Shown: positions 12,620-25,987 of the stretch, piece by piece
Layout: each line of letters begins with the position of its first letter
Numbering within the stretch: position 1 is the first letter of the stretch
NCBI RefSeq assembly: GCF_018350175.1
Contig: NC_058369.1
Coordinates: 111,166,001-111,230,000, forward strand
DNA: 64,000 bases
Source: Felis catus
Lineage: Eukaryota
Direction of reading: 5' to 3'
Program-made: the position numbers and the translations under genes
The notes under the pieces: generated by a model
Databases searched by the model: none
What the model was told of the DNA's origin: nothing
The model's input: only the letters and a program-made list of their open reading frames with translations

Positions 12620-13398
12620 AATGAAGTCCTTCCCCACTTAATGGCCCCATCTCCCCCATACCCAACCATTTAAAGTCTCTCTTTGTTCTGTTGTTGTACT
12701 CTGCCAGGGTCGACAGGTTCTGATTGCTCTTCCCTCCAAGAGCATCTTCTTTCCCTCTAGCCGCTCCCTTCTTTTTTTTTAAGTTTATTTATTTATTTTG
12801 AGAGAGAGAGAGAGAGATTACTGGGGAGGGGATGAGAGTGAAGGCACGAGAGAGAATCCCAAGCAGGCTCCGCAATGTCAGAGCAGAGCCTGACTTGGGG
12901 CTTGAACTCACGAACTACAAGATCATGACCTGAGCTGAAATCAAGAGACCGACGCTCAGCTGACTGAGTTGCCCAGGTGCCCCTCACCACTCCGTTCTGT
13001 GCTGCAGTTCCACTGGCTGACTTTCTGCTGCAGACACACAGAGATCTGTTCCCTCCACCTGGAATGTGCCTTTTCCACATATTTACAAGGCTGGCTTCTT
13101 CATGCTTTTTGGATCTCAGCTCAAGAGTGACCTCCTTAATGAGAGATGCTTTCTCTATCACCCTTTCTAGATGGTTTGTGTCTCCTAAGTTACTCTATAT
13201 CCCATTACCCTATTTTATTTCAATGTTGCAATGATCACCATCCAGAATCCCACTTCTTTGTGTACCTGTTGATTGCTCTCTGCTCCTCACTAGAATATAA
13301 GCTCCATGAGAAAGCATGGATTTTGTCTCCAGTCTTCCCTAGATGTTTAGAGCAGTATCTGGTATACGAGGTGCTCACTGAACAGGTTAATGAATTAA
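12620..13398 (+). mobile_element. L2 3' portion interrupted by a SINE
   Basis: ccacctggaatgtgcc...ctagaatataagctccatgag...ttaatgaatt is the L2 3' end signature. Confidence 0.7.
12772..12983 (-). mobile_element. Can-SINE inserted in L2
   Basis: Poly-T, (GA)n, gagaatcccaagcaggctcc...cccaggtgcccc. Confidence 0.9.
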
Positions 13399-16157
13399 GG
13401 CCAATTTGCCATTTTCAAACTGTCTAGTCAAATCTAAACAGACTCACTTATCTGAGATATATTAAAGCCAGAGAGAACAAAGTTAAGCAATCAGCATCTT
13501 TTGGATTGTGGGAGGCTGAGCTTTCTGGATTGTCTGTCGGAATGTCTGATCCCAGAAACTAATACCCATTCAAAGAAAGGTGCTGAGGATTTGCTGCAGC
13601 TTTTATACTTATGCTCTTGGGTCACCCTTCTCATTATCTCTGCCAGCTCTGTGTTTGCAGAGCTCAGCAGATTATTTTATGAGGATGAGAAGAAGCAACA
13701 TGTGGTGATTATGATGGAGCCTTAGCACAAGGCATACATACCTCTAATGTTAACTCAGACTATTAATTGTTGTCTCATCCTCATATAAGACCCAACCATT
13801 TCCATTTTCTGCTCAGTTGACACTACCTACATACACCTCAGCCTCACCTATCTCTACAGGACAGTATTTCTTCTCCACTCATATGTACACTCATAGCCCG
13901 TATGCACATGTGCATGTACATGTAGACCAGCAGTCCCAGTTCTGAAAAGTGTTGCACAAGCCAAGCCTTAGCATAAGCCACTAAAATGACTTCTGACCTT
14001 AGAAGGAAGGATTGATTTGGAAAATTTTGAGGCGAATGTAAAGACAACAGATATGTCCAGTTTTCTCTGGCAACCTTGATTTCCTTCCCCTAGTATTTCT
14101 TCTTGGGTGACACATGTAATCATTCTTACATATTTAAGTAAATAATTGGTTTGCTTCTCACTGATTAGACCTTTGTTATAATGTTTTCCTTAGAGCTTCA
14201 TGCTGATGGATCAACCTGTTGGTGAAATTATTTTAAATAGTTTTAAATGGTCTTTAAAAACTTTGAAAATCAAACTCTTTGGCCTCCTTGGGTGGAGTCT
14301 AAGAGGGACTTTATGCTGTATTAGCTGCACGGTAAACAATGTTAGTAAATGATAAGCTTTCTGTATGAATTTATGGTGTTTCATATACATCCCTTAAAAT
14401 GCAGAAATAAAATAACTAGTTCTTAACTCTCCAGGCCCTAGTATGTCTCAGCTTCTTATCTGGTGTTATTTTAGGCCTTCTAAGAGGACATTGAGGAAGA
14501 GGATGGCATCCCAGTATTTGCCTGGGGAGGGCTATTTCTGTCTTTCTGCCTGATGCTGATATTGAGCCTTGGTAATATCTCACAACTTTTTTGTGTATGT
14601 ATGTATGGAAACGTTCTTTGCAAACCAAATTAAATTTTAAAACAGCAATATATTGTGGCACAGTGATAAAAACTGAATATGCATGTAAGGTGTGTGAAGT
14701 TCTTTACGTTATTCTTAAACTTTTTCTGTAAGTTTTAAATGGTCTAAATAAAATGTTGAACAAAATGTCAGTAACATTTAAGGCAGAGTTATGCTTTCCC
14801 ATTGCAGGTACCCCCCATAGATTCCCCTAAATTATCTGTTTTTCTCTGGGAGACTTTGGCTACAGTAATCTCCAGGAGACATTTCTGGAAATCAGAGACC
14901 CAGGGAAACAAAATTTGGAGAAATAAAGTTTGCATCTAATTTTTAGAATGTATTAAATGATACCGAGGAAGTAACCTTTTATAAGAGTAGAATTTTAATA
15001 TATTTCTCTATTTGTAGACACTTTATTGCCTTGGAACTACATTTTTTTTCCTTTTGGGGCAGTGAGGCAGATTCACCCCAAACTTCAATAAACCTTTATC
15101 TTCTCAAATACTTTAAAAGCAAGTTTGAAATAGATAATGATCATATGTTTACCTTAAACTGAAATTCATATTCTCTAGTTTCAGGATATTAGAGAACTTC
15201 TCCTTAATAAAAGCAACACTAGAAACCTGAAAGTCAGAAACATAAAAACAATGATATTTAACATGATTCATGGCAAGAATCTGGAATACTCAGTGGAAGA
15301 AAATTGAGTGAAAATGCTACTGGAAGGATGGAGAAAGGAGGGTGAGGGGAAAGAGGGAAAGAAGGAAAGGAAGGAAAAAGAGAAGAGAGAAAGTGGGGGA
15401 GAGGGAGGGATAAATTATGCGAGGGAGAAGGAAAGGTAATAAAGAAGCAATGATCAAAAGAAAGAAATCTGTAAAGACACCTTGTGCAAATCTTGCTGTC
15501 TTCACCTGGTGGAAAGTATATAATGTAATTGAAAGGCAGTCAATTAAGAGTGAATAGAATTTTTAAAAATGTGCTTTGTGTGTTGTGAATTTACCCTGTG
15601 GGTTTTGTGGAAACTCAAGCTGCAAGCAAGGTCAGGTGCTGTGTCAGGATCAGGTAGAGCCCTTTGCCCCAAAAAGCTTGGATCCTGCTGTGGTTAATGG
15701 CCAGGACTCAATCTTCCCATCTATAGAAATTGCTGCCTTAATAACAAATTTTTGAAAATGGACCAGGAGCCATTTCCTTTTCTTGTCAGTACCCCTGAAC
15801 CCATACAAGTATCATGTCACCAAATGTTCTGCTTCTAGAAGTAGTACAGAACAGTTCTGTCTATGGAATGAGTGAGTTAAATTCTTTGAGTCATATTTTT
15901 GTCGAGATATAAGAGTGGATGCTACAGAGACTGCCAAGCTTCTTAGAAGCAAGGTTCTGGATAAATATTTTTAATTACCATCCCCTCAGTCTCTGGAGAT
16001 ACCCTACTGTCATTATCAGAAATTTTTTGTATTATTTTAGAAAGAGATTCATTTTGCGCTCCTCATAATGCAAAGGTGGCAATTGGACCTTAAATCAATG
16101 CTTTAGCTGTCAGCAAAGAGGTGCTTTTTTTTCCCTCTAATTTTACTAACACTGTAG

Positions 16158-16347
16158 CCAGTCACCATGCCNNNNNNNNNNNNNNNNNNNNNNNNNNNNN
16201 NNNNNNNNNNNNNNNNNNNNNNNNNNNNNNNNNNNNNNNNNNNNNNNNNNNNNNNNNNNNNNNNNNNNNNNNNNNNNNNNNNNNNNNNNNNNNNNNNNNN
16301 NNNNNNNNNNNNNNNNNNNNNNNNNNNNNNNNNNNNNNNNNNNTAAT
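16158..16347 (+). CDS. Candidate internal exon of the unnamed host gene, mostly hidden by N-block 16172-16343
   Basis: Pyrimidine tract 16124-16138, branch-like CTAAT/TACTAAC, TAG (16155-57) or CAG (16159-61) acceptor, visible start ccagtcaccATGcc; after the Ns a donor-like gtcagt at 16348 or (g)taatg at 16343. Coding status cannot be read. Confidence 0.35.
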
Positions 16348-19149
16348 GTCAGTCATAAACAATAAAATATCAGCAAAATTCACCAAGATCACTAGTATTC
16401 CAGAGCATCCCATTGTGATTTCAGCATTGTTTCCTCTGCATGTAGTTCTATGTGATCTTAAAATTAAAATATCCTATGTAGGAACGATCTTTGATATAAT
16501 GATATGTACTACAGCCCCTTTACATGTGTTTTTTTTTCTCCAGCACACTTTAAGTCTTGTCTCTTGAAACTTAACTATGTATTTATAAGGCAGACCTCCC
16601 ATTGCATGTTTGGTCTCCATTATAGGTAATAGGCCAATTCTTTGCAATCAAGAATTTTCTCTATTATAGCCCAAACTTGAACTTTTTAATTCTGATTTTG
16701 GATGCTATTGTATTTAAATAGAAGGAGCTATAATACTTAAATTATGTCACTCTGCAGGAGTGATGTTTACAGAAAACCCTGATTTAGAATAGGTAGCCGT
16801 ATCAAATGCAAGTGTATGTTAGCATGTCCATCCCATAGGATGGTCTTACCTTGGCAAATTCACATCAGCAATGCTCACAAAGAGAAATGGATTCAACCAG
16901 CATTTCAAATGAATAGTCTCAATGAAAAGTATTACTCCAGGGAACAATACCCTCATGACCTCTGACCAGCAAATTCTGGGAAACCAGATTATAATTATAA
17001 GGATGATGGCAGAATGTTGACTGAAACCATGCTTGTTAGTTATATGGTTTGAGTGTTTAATAACATGACTGGATGGATCTGACCCCATGGAGCCCAGATG
17101 TGGCAAGACCACCTCAGAGAACCTCAGATCTGTCCCCAAACCCAATATGACAGGATCTGGAGTTTGTTGCATTCCCCAGAAAGGTAAATTTAACTCCTTA
17201 CATTTTCAGGTTTAAAGCATTAGTATTTTAGACTGCTACACAGTATGAGAGGAGAGCCTAAAGAATACCACACAGTGAAACTTCATTTAAAAATCCCCTT
17301 TAAATATCTTGTTTCTTCCCCTAAGATCCCTTGCTAGCAGCCAATAACCTTATCTCTATTTTTATGTTCTCATTTTGTTTTTTCATCCTTTGTCCACACA
17401 GCCCCTGGAATATGTTGTATTGTTCTGAACGGTTAAACTCTGGCTGCAGTTTTGTATTTCCACCAAAAAAAGCAAATCCTGCAGTGAGCTAAACCCTTCT
17501 TTTGTTTTCAAAGTTTTGCTATTTAAGTTTGCCACCCGGAGATCTCATCTTCCATGCCAAAATCGGTTTTCAAGTAGTCACCTAATAATTCCTTGGAAAA
17601 CATTCTTCTGCTAAGAAAAAGAGGACTTCCTATTTCTAATTATAGGAATTCATCAGTGTCTGGGCCCGAATACCCTCTCCCCAGAGCAGAGCTTAGGTGG
17701 GTGCCGACAACATTCACCTCTGTGCTCCATGCTTTCTCTGACTCCAAAGATAGCAATAACATCCCTTCTGACAAATCTTTCATTCAGAAGCTTAAAGTAA
17801 TGAATTATATGGCAGTCAGCTCTGACGAATATCTTATTGGAGCCCCGCAAGCCCTTGAATGTAAGGGAAATAACAATAGCCTCTGGGAGCTCAGTTGGCC
17901 CCCATGAACTGATAGTTTAACAGTTGACAATAGGTGGCTAAAAGCTGTGCAGGGAAGCCCAAATAGCCAATGTGTCAAAATTTCTGAACCAAGGCTGGCA
18001 GAGGAGTTAATTAGTTTTATATATAAACAGGCAAACAAAACCACACTCATACATATGTTTATTTCAGGAATCAGAAGACTATATTTATGAAACATAACTG
18101 AGATGGGTCATTTAAAAGGTCAAATCGTGTCCGTATGGAGAAAATATTTCCTTACTAGTTAAATACAGTTTTGTAATTGAAGAGCTTTACGGTGGTCTCA
18201 AAATTCATTTCTGGTCACAGTTCGTAGTATTCACGGATCTTCAAAACTTAAAACTGGTGAGGGCTTATCACTTGACAGATTACAAAAGAGTGATTTTCAG
18301 AATGTAATGTTATGTTGGTTTTTAATATTTGCCATTATTCTTAAATTATAATGATCTAAAACAATCATGAAAATCAAAAGAACTTTAGAACAATCATAAA
18401 TTTTTTTTTGTCTATTAATACCCTTTAACAGAGCATAATGACCTTCTGCCCTTTCAGCCCTCGGTATATTTATTCAGATATTTTAAATAACAATATCAGT
18501 AGTTTTCATTTTGTCAAGGTAAAATATGTTTACCTATCATGACTATTTCTGCATTTAACAGTTCTTGCTTTTGATACTAGAGGCAAAGATCAGTCAATAC
18601 TTTAATTTCCTGAGGGCTATCAACAGACACTAAGCCTTCCTTAAAGTAGTAAACATCTTTGAAAAAGAGACTGTACTTTTAAGTGCAATTTATGCATTTA
18701 CTAATTCTATGCTGCACTTATTCTCAAGATGATGGGCTGCACATTAGCTCTTTCCTTTTCTGTTTCATTACTTAATTTGGAAATCAACTTTTATTTCATG
18801 TGCCATAGTAATTTCTCATTGTTAATAGCAGAATTACAAAGAGAAAATCTTAAAAGAATACGTTTAGTTTAATTAAGCAAAAAGAGAGAGAGAGAAGGGT
18901 AAGCTTAGGCAAGATTCAGTTTAGGATTTTATGAATATTGAGTTGCCTTAGAAGACACAAAGTGTTGCCACTTTAAATAGTAATTTCTTCAGAAAATCTA
19001 GCCTTCATTAAATGAAATGTTTGTAACGAAATAAACTTACACTGTCAAAGTGTAAGAGTTCTTATTATTCAACATTCTTATTAATATTTGGTATTATTGA
19101 TTCAGTTTTTACCTATACACTGGATTTATAACTGTATCTTGTTATGGAT

Positions 19150-20060
19150 TAATTTTTTATTTCCTGATTATTAGTATCCTTTACCATATTTTATACATGG
19201 ATTGGACATTCCTTTTTAGTGAATGCCTATTTTTATCTTTTGCCTACTTTATTATTGGGTTGTATCTTTTCAAACTGCTTTGTAAATATTATTATTATAT
19301 TCTGAATACTAGTCATTGGTTGGTTAAATGTGCTGTAAATGTTTTTTCTCAATGTGTCATTAATTTGTCATTAATTAATTAATGACACATTAACTAATGT
19401 GCCATTAATTTCTCTTTAATAGTTTGTACAAAACTTATATTCTTATGTCATATTTATCAGTCTTTTTTGGAATGATTTGTGTTTTTCTGTGTCTTGTTGA
19501 ACGATTCCACCCCTAATCTGAGGATTTGAGCATACTCTTACATGTTTTTCTATTTTTTTTTTAAGTTTAATCTTTGTATATAGATCATTAAACTACTTGG
19601 AGTTAATTCTGTGAGTGTGTGTATACCTGTGTATAGCTTAATATAAACATCTAATTTCTAGGGCTGTAATAGTTTAACCTAGAGAACTAGCTATCCTGGA
19701 ACCATTTGTTGAAGATCTCCACTTATCTGTGGTTCCAGAACTGACCTATGTAAAGTTTTCATACATAAGTGGGCCTACTTTTTGTTGCTCTATTCTGTTA
19801 TCTTACCTTTTATTTTTTATTTGAACCAATAAGGCATTCTCTTTATAATAACTTACCAGATAAGTCTTTAAGATGATAAGGCATATGCTCTCATTTTGAT
19901 CTCCTTCAAAATTGTGATTACCTTCCTTGGAGCTTTGCTATTCCATACTAATTTTAGAATTTGCTTATCAAGTGAAGAATGATATTAATATTAAATATTG
20001 ATTTTTTTCTATCCTTGGGCACAATTTATCTCAGTATTAATTTTTTTCTTTGTAGTCTCA
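19150..20060 (-). mobile_element. Ancient L1M ORF2/3' fragment, approximate ends
   Basis: ttgcctactttattattggg, accatttgttgaaga, gctttgctattccatactaattttagaat motifs. Confidence 0.65.
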
Positions 20061-20067
20061 CATCTAT

Positions 20068-20361
20068 GATTTTTTTTTTTTATTTTAAACAAACAGAGGG
20101 GCGCCTGGGTGGCTCAGTCGGTTAAGCGGCCGACTTCTGCCCAGGTCATGATCTCACAGTCCGTGAGTTTGAGCCCCGCGTTGGGCTCTGTGCTGACAGC
20201 TCAGAGCCTGGAGCCTGTTTCAGATTGTGTCTCCCTCTCTCTGACCCTCCCCCGTTCATGCTTTGTCTCTCTCTGTCTCAAAAATAAATAAACGTTAAAA
20301 AAAATTTTTTTTTTAAATAATAAACCAACAGAGAGAACGGGGGAGGGTGACAGGAAGAGAG

Positions 20362-20402
<41 letters not shown>

Positions 20403-20524
20403 CCCAAGCAGACTCTAAGCTCAGCTCAGAGCCAGATGCTGGCTCGATCCCACAATACTGAGATCATGCCCTGAGCCGAAATGAAGAGTCAGATGCTCAA
20501 CCAACTGAGCCACCCAGTCGCCCC
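20068..20524 (-). mobile_element. Older Can-SINE split by a younger SINE
   Basis: Tail at 20068-20097 resumes at 20321; TSD ctatgattt at 20064 and 20529. Confidence 0.85.
20098..20320 (+). mobile_element. Feline SINE nested in the tail of an older SINE
   Basis: TSD taaac(a/c)aacaga at 20086-20097 and 20321-20332. Confidence 0.93.
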
Positions 20525-20540
20525 TCTTCTATGATTTCTT

Positions 20541-20753
20541 TTTTTTTTTAACGTTTATTTTATTTTTGAGACAGAGAGAAACAGAGCATGAACGGGGGAG
20601 GGTCAGAGAGAGATGGAGACACAGAATCCGAAGCAGGCTCCAGGCTCTGAGCCATCAGCCCAGAGCCCGATGCGGGGCTCGAACCCACGAACTGCGAGAT
20701 CATGACCTGAGCTGAAGTCGGACGCCCGACCGACTGAGCCACCCAGGCACCCC
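20541..20753 (-). mobile_element. Feline SINEC_Fc inserted at the TSD of the older SINE
   Basis: TSD ctatgatttctt at 20529-20540 and 20753-20764. Confidence 0.93.
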
Positions 20754-22123
20754 TATGATTTCTTAAATGAAGAATACTTTATCTAGTTTAACCATCACTC
20801 AGGGCAATCATTAACATTATTATTAACATTATTTTAATATTATGCCATATGCTAATGGTGTGTAAGAAGACCTGTGTGCCAGTGCTCGCTTATACTAGAT
20901 CACAAGGCTCAGAGATATTTATGACGATTTTCCTCATTCTTTATCTTATGAATCGACCTCTGACTTTTTAAAAATCAGAAATTGCCTATTTCCAGAAGCA
21001 CCCTTTCCTTCTTTCTTATTTTTTTCTTTCGATCTGTTGCCAACCAAGTTGTTTGTATTTTGTCTAAGATAGAAGTAAACTGATTGAGTGTGGGTTTAAG
21101 ACATACAAATTAGCTACTATTTTATTGATCAGCAACTATTTACCAATGTTTATGTTAGGCATTTAATATGTCACCAAAGCAACACCTCTATTAGGGATAT
21201 ATGATAGTAGCCAATATGTAGGTAAAATTGAGGATAACTTGCCCCAGACCCTAAAGCCAGAATGCCATGTAGTCAGATGTAAATCTGCATCTTTGCTTTT
21301 CTCCCTCTACCATTCTGCCTCTAAGATAACAAGATCTTAAAACTGAAGTTCAGTCAGAGATCTTGTGGTGGAATATTCTAAAGCCAGACAAGCTGATCCT
21401 GTTGGAAGGGGGGTGGTAAGTGCGTTCCTCCACCCTGTGGGCCATGGGGTTCCTGATTTGCTAGTCAGTTTCTAGGAAGGGTGACTGAGTAGGACAAAAA
21501 GAGGGCCCCAGGTGCTGGATCTGGAGGAATCTGTCTAACACAGTTGTAGTGTGCTGAGGAAGGCGCTTTCTGTGTATCACGGTGGTGAATTGAGTGAGAG
21601 AAAATGAAGGGACCTTTAAGGTGGTCAATCTGTCTTGCTACGACTCATGTTCCTGTTAGAAAAATTAAATCAAACGTGATTGGTAAATGGGGGGGGGGGT
21701 AATAAGAATATAAAGTGGATGTTGGTTCATATGTGATTTTTTTTTTCCAAGCGTAGGAAACCATAAGTGTAGAAACATAGTAACTTTCAGTAAGAAAGGG
21801 AAAAGAAAAAGCTATCGATTGGCTGCTAGTTTGGCCACGGGAGCCATGGTGACCGTATTTGAGAAACTAAAAACCAGTGCCTCCACCCAGTCAGTCTCTC
21901 ACCACTGATGCATGCCCCTGTCCTTGTTCAGCTGCTGGCTAGAGGCAACAAGCTCTTCCTCCAAGGCCCCCTTGAAATGGAGCCCTTGCCCCAGGGCCCT
22001 GCCTCTCTCAGCTTTGGCTCAGGACCCACCCACCTCTCCTCCACACAAGTCCTGTCTGTTGTTTCCTGCATTTACCCATCCACTGTGACAGCCTCTGGCC
22101 AAGCTGTAGTTCTTGGTTTTGTT

Positions 22124-22175
22124 GGGGGGGTGGGGGGGTGGGGGCTGGGGGGCAGGAGTGTAAGGGTGGGAGGGG
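22124..22175 (+). other. G-quadruplex-forming motif
   Basis: G7-T-G7-T-G5-CT-G6 followed by GGG-T-GGG-A-GGGG. Confidence 0.7.
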
Positions 22176-22207
22176 CCCAACTTATTTCCCTAATTAACAA
22201 TGAAAAA

Positions 22208-22432
22208 TTTTTTTATTGAAAATTTTTTTATGTTTATTCATTTTTGAAAGACAGAGAGAGACAGAGCACAAGAAGGGGTGGGGTGGAGAAAAAGGGGACA
22301 CAGAATCTGAAGCAGGCTCCAGGCTCTGAGCTGTCAGCACAGAGCTTGACACGGGGCTGGAATTCACGAACTGCGAGATCATGACCTGAGCCGAAGTCGG
22401 TGACTCAACTGACTGAGCCACCCAGGCGCCCC
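22208..22432 (-). mobile_element. Feline Can-SINE
   Basis: TSD aacaat(g/t)aaaaatttt at 22196 and 22433. Confidence 0.94.
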
Positions 22433-23498
22433 AACAATTAAAAATTTTGATCATAATATTAGATGATGATAATGATGTTGATGATGTTAACTTTAAAAAT
22501 AACATAGGTTTTGACCATTTTACTGATGACCCTGTCACCCATTACACTTGTTATCTAGGCAGCATATTAACAGAATATGAATTTTCTCTGGAATGTAATT
22601 ATCGTGTTACAGCTGACTTGCTACAGGGTGCATTTCAATGGTCTGTCATTTCCTTCATGGTGTTCAAAAAGTATAGATAAAGGACTTAACTTACTTGCAT
22701 CTTACTTTGGGGTTGGTTACTCAAATGCGTATTCTTAACCAAGGGCTGATGCTGTGACAGTTTTATAGGGTTATAACGGGTTCTGTTTACTCTGAGTACC
22801 AGAGTTTTGTCTCTAGTAGTCAGGTTTTACCCCAGCATCTGTTACATAACCTAGAAAATTTCTTTTTAACTCAAGCCTTTAGCAATATCAAAATGATTTA
22901 ATGTGTGTTAATAAACCATACAATGATTTATCATACTATTAAATAAGCAAATTCTATTTGACAAACGATGACTCCTGACATGAATCTTCAATTCCTATCT
23001 TACCTTTATCATATGGAGCTATGTCCAGTCTGGATTTCTTGTCTTACATAGTCTGAACACTGGAGTTTCTTTTCTGGGGAGGGAAGCCACATTATGGCAT
23101 GATGATTTTTGTCTGGTTGTTCCTTACTCATGTCAGGACCTTGCTGCAGTTTGCAGAAAAATGATTAGTCTGTGTGTCTGTAATTGCTTGTGGGTCACTT
23201 TAAGTGCCAAGTCTTCACCACTAGCATTTTTAACAGGAGTTAGTTTTCCTCCAGTATGTTTATCAAATGCCTGTTGCAAGTTGTGTATACCTGAGGCATG
23301 ATCAGGTAGCCAAGAGCCTCTTTAGTTCTGACCGTGCTCTGCATTTTCTCTGAAAAGTTGGAGCAACAAAAAAGATCAGATCCTGTTCTATCTGGCAAGG
23401 AGAGGAGTCTGAACTGAAAACAGGAGCAGAACCCTGGACCCTGATCTTTAATAATGGATGCCAGCATGCACTGTCACACTGTTGCCACATTCCCGGGA

Positions 23499-23694
23499 TT
23501 TATTTCTTTATTTCTTTATTTAGAGAGTGGGGAATTGAGGCAGAGACAGAGAGCAAGAGAGAATCCTAAGCAGGCTCCATGCTCAGTGCAGAGCCCAACA
23601 AGCCCTACAATGCTCTGGCTTCTGCCCCTGAGATTGTGACCTGAGCTGAAATCAAGAGTTGGATGCTTAACCAACTGAGCCACGCAAGTGCCTC
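23499..23694 (-). mobile_element. Older Can-SINE
   Basis: gagaatcctaagcaggctccatgctcagtgcagagccc...gcttaaccaactgagcca. Confidence 0.85.
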
Positions 23695-25434
23695 TCCAGG
23701 GTTATCTTTTTAACTATTTCCCCCACGTGGATACTGTTTTGTATTGTTGTCTTGATTTCCACTGTCTTCCAGCACTTGAGATATTATTCTGCTACTCAAA
23801 TATTAGAAATTGATGTGACAAAAGGCTAAAAAAATAGAATTAGAGGATTAAAAACAAGAATTATTAAGGAATGCCTTTCATAATACTTCTTCATAATTTT
23901 GAAGAAATAATATTCCTTCCTAATTCGTGTTGAGCCCTTATTTATTTTATGTTATTTTATTTTTTTCTGGAGCAGTGGTATGTTTTTAAGAACAGAGTGC
24001 TAGGATTCAAAGGACGTGTGCATTCCCTGGGCCACAAGATCACAGTGTTACAGAGTGAACATTAATAGCCAGGTGTGCTTGTTTCTCCTGTTCTAGAACT
24101 TTCCATTACACATTGCCCCTACCAGTCCTCCTCATTTTTCCTGAACATCTGAGGTCCTTCTTCCCAGAACCCTTTGAAAGGACAGTGTTGTCAAAGGAAA
24201 CAATAATTGTTGTATAAATGTAGGAAACTCTTATAATTAAAAACAGAACAAGGCTAATGTATCTTTTAAGGAATTGGTCAGTCAAATGGATTACTTTTGC
24301 TACTGCTTACTTTTGCAGTAAGAACATTAGTCAAAGAAAACGACACTGAATCATGTATTTGACATATACTACAAAGAAAGATAAAAGAGGCAGGGAAAGC
24401 ATGGATATTAATGGTTAAGTAATATATACTTAGGTTTGGGGCAGGAAGAAAATTAACTTCTGATTTGTATGTGAGAAAACAAAGGCGCCAGAGGCTGGTG
24501 TGTGAATACCTGTCCCTAAGACTAGGCAGTAATTGCTGGAATGAGGGAGACATCATTTTAAGCAACTAGACATTTTAAAAAGCAGTGAAATACAGTAGGG
24601 ATACAGTGGTTCTAAAGAGCCTAATGAAAAATGAGGCAAGGCAGAAACAAAGACAACAAAAAACAAAACAAGAAGAGTGAACCCAAAAAAGACTGTTTGA
24701 TAGTGGACGAGTTTTGATTTATGGGTTGTGTTGGTAGACATCATTGTTGTGATCATAGGAAAATCCTGGGAAGAGTGCTTTTGGAATGAAGAATGGGCAG
24801 GGATGGACTGTGTCTTCTCATTCAGTTCACCACCACGTTAAGAAACTTTATTCTGGAAAATTAAAATTGTTCCTGGATGTACATAGCAATTTCTGGAGAA
24901 ATTTTTTTTAATAAAATCATTTAATTTTTTTACAAATCAAATTCTTTCTGTATTTTCTGTCTGATTTCCTGAGAACGATGCTACATTGGTTATTATGTTC
25001 CAAGTTAATAGATTTTATTATTTGAAAAACTGATCAGATATCGTGACTGTCTGTACATTATACCCAATGGCACAGATTCAAATTTTTTAGTGCCATTTTA
25101 ATCTTGCATTTTCTTGTCAACTGTTTTGAATCATATACGTTTGGATGTCTGACAACCAGTATACTCTATATTTAATGATTCTAACATTCTTGAAATGTTA
25201 TGATAATCCATACATAATTCATTTGGAAATAGTGAAAATACTACTTTAGGTTTACCCTAATGACTGGATATTAACAATATGAGTCATGTTATATTGTGAT
25301 ATACGAAGGTGGCCATGTTAGCATAGACCTTGACAGTAATTATTGGTTCTCATTTCTCATCCCTCATATTGGCTTAAAAAATTTTTTTTTCATGATACGC
25401 TCTATGTGTGGTTGATCCTGTCTCGAGTGAAGTA

Positions 25435-25987
25435 CTCTTGACCGTTGAGCAACTTGGGAGTTAGGATGCCAATCACCTGTACAGTCAAAAATCCATATAT
25501 AACTTTTTACTCCCCCCAGACTTAACTACTAATAGCCTTACTACTGACTTCCTGAAAACATAAACAGTCGATTAAAGCATATTTTATGTAAGGGGTGCCT
25601 GGGTGGCTCAGTCAGTTGAGCATCTGACTTCTGCTCAAGTCTTGATCTCAGGGTTCCTGAGTTCAAACCCTTCATCAGACTCTCTGCTGTCAGTATAGAG
25701 CCTGCTTCATATCCTTTGTCTCCCTCTCTCTCTGCTCCTCCCCCATTCATGCTGTCTCTGTCAAAAATAAGCATTTCAAAAAATTTTTAAAAACACATAT
25801 TTTATGTAACATATTGTATGTCATATATATTATATCCTATATTCTTAGAATAAAGTAAGCTACGGAAAGAAAATATTATTTAAAAATCATAAGGAGAAAA
25901 TAAATTCACAGTACTATATTTATCTGAAAAAAATCAATGTATGAGTGGACACATTAAGTCCAAACCTATGTTGTTCAAGTTCAACTA
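25435..25987. mobile_element. Tigger2-type TcMar MITE split by a SINE
   Basis: Degenerate inverted ends ttgaccgttgagcaac / gttgttcaagttcaact and internal cttaactactaatagcc...aaacagtcgattaa. Confidence 0.75.
25592..25795 (+). mobile_element. Can-SINE inside Tigger2
   Basis: TSD catattttatgtaa at 25578-25591 and 25796-25809. Confidence 0.94.

Noticed and set aside
16846-17172. 108-aa minus-strand ORF
   Set aside because: No recognisable domain or splice context; length is compatible with chance.
17155-17190. Possible 30-nt exon AG|gatctg...aaag|GTAAAT
   Set aside because: No polypyrimidine tract before the AG.
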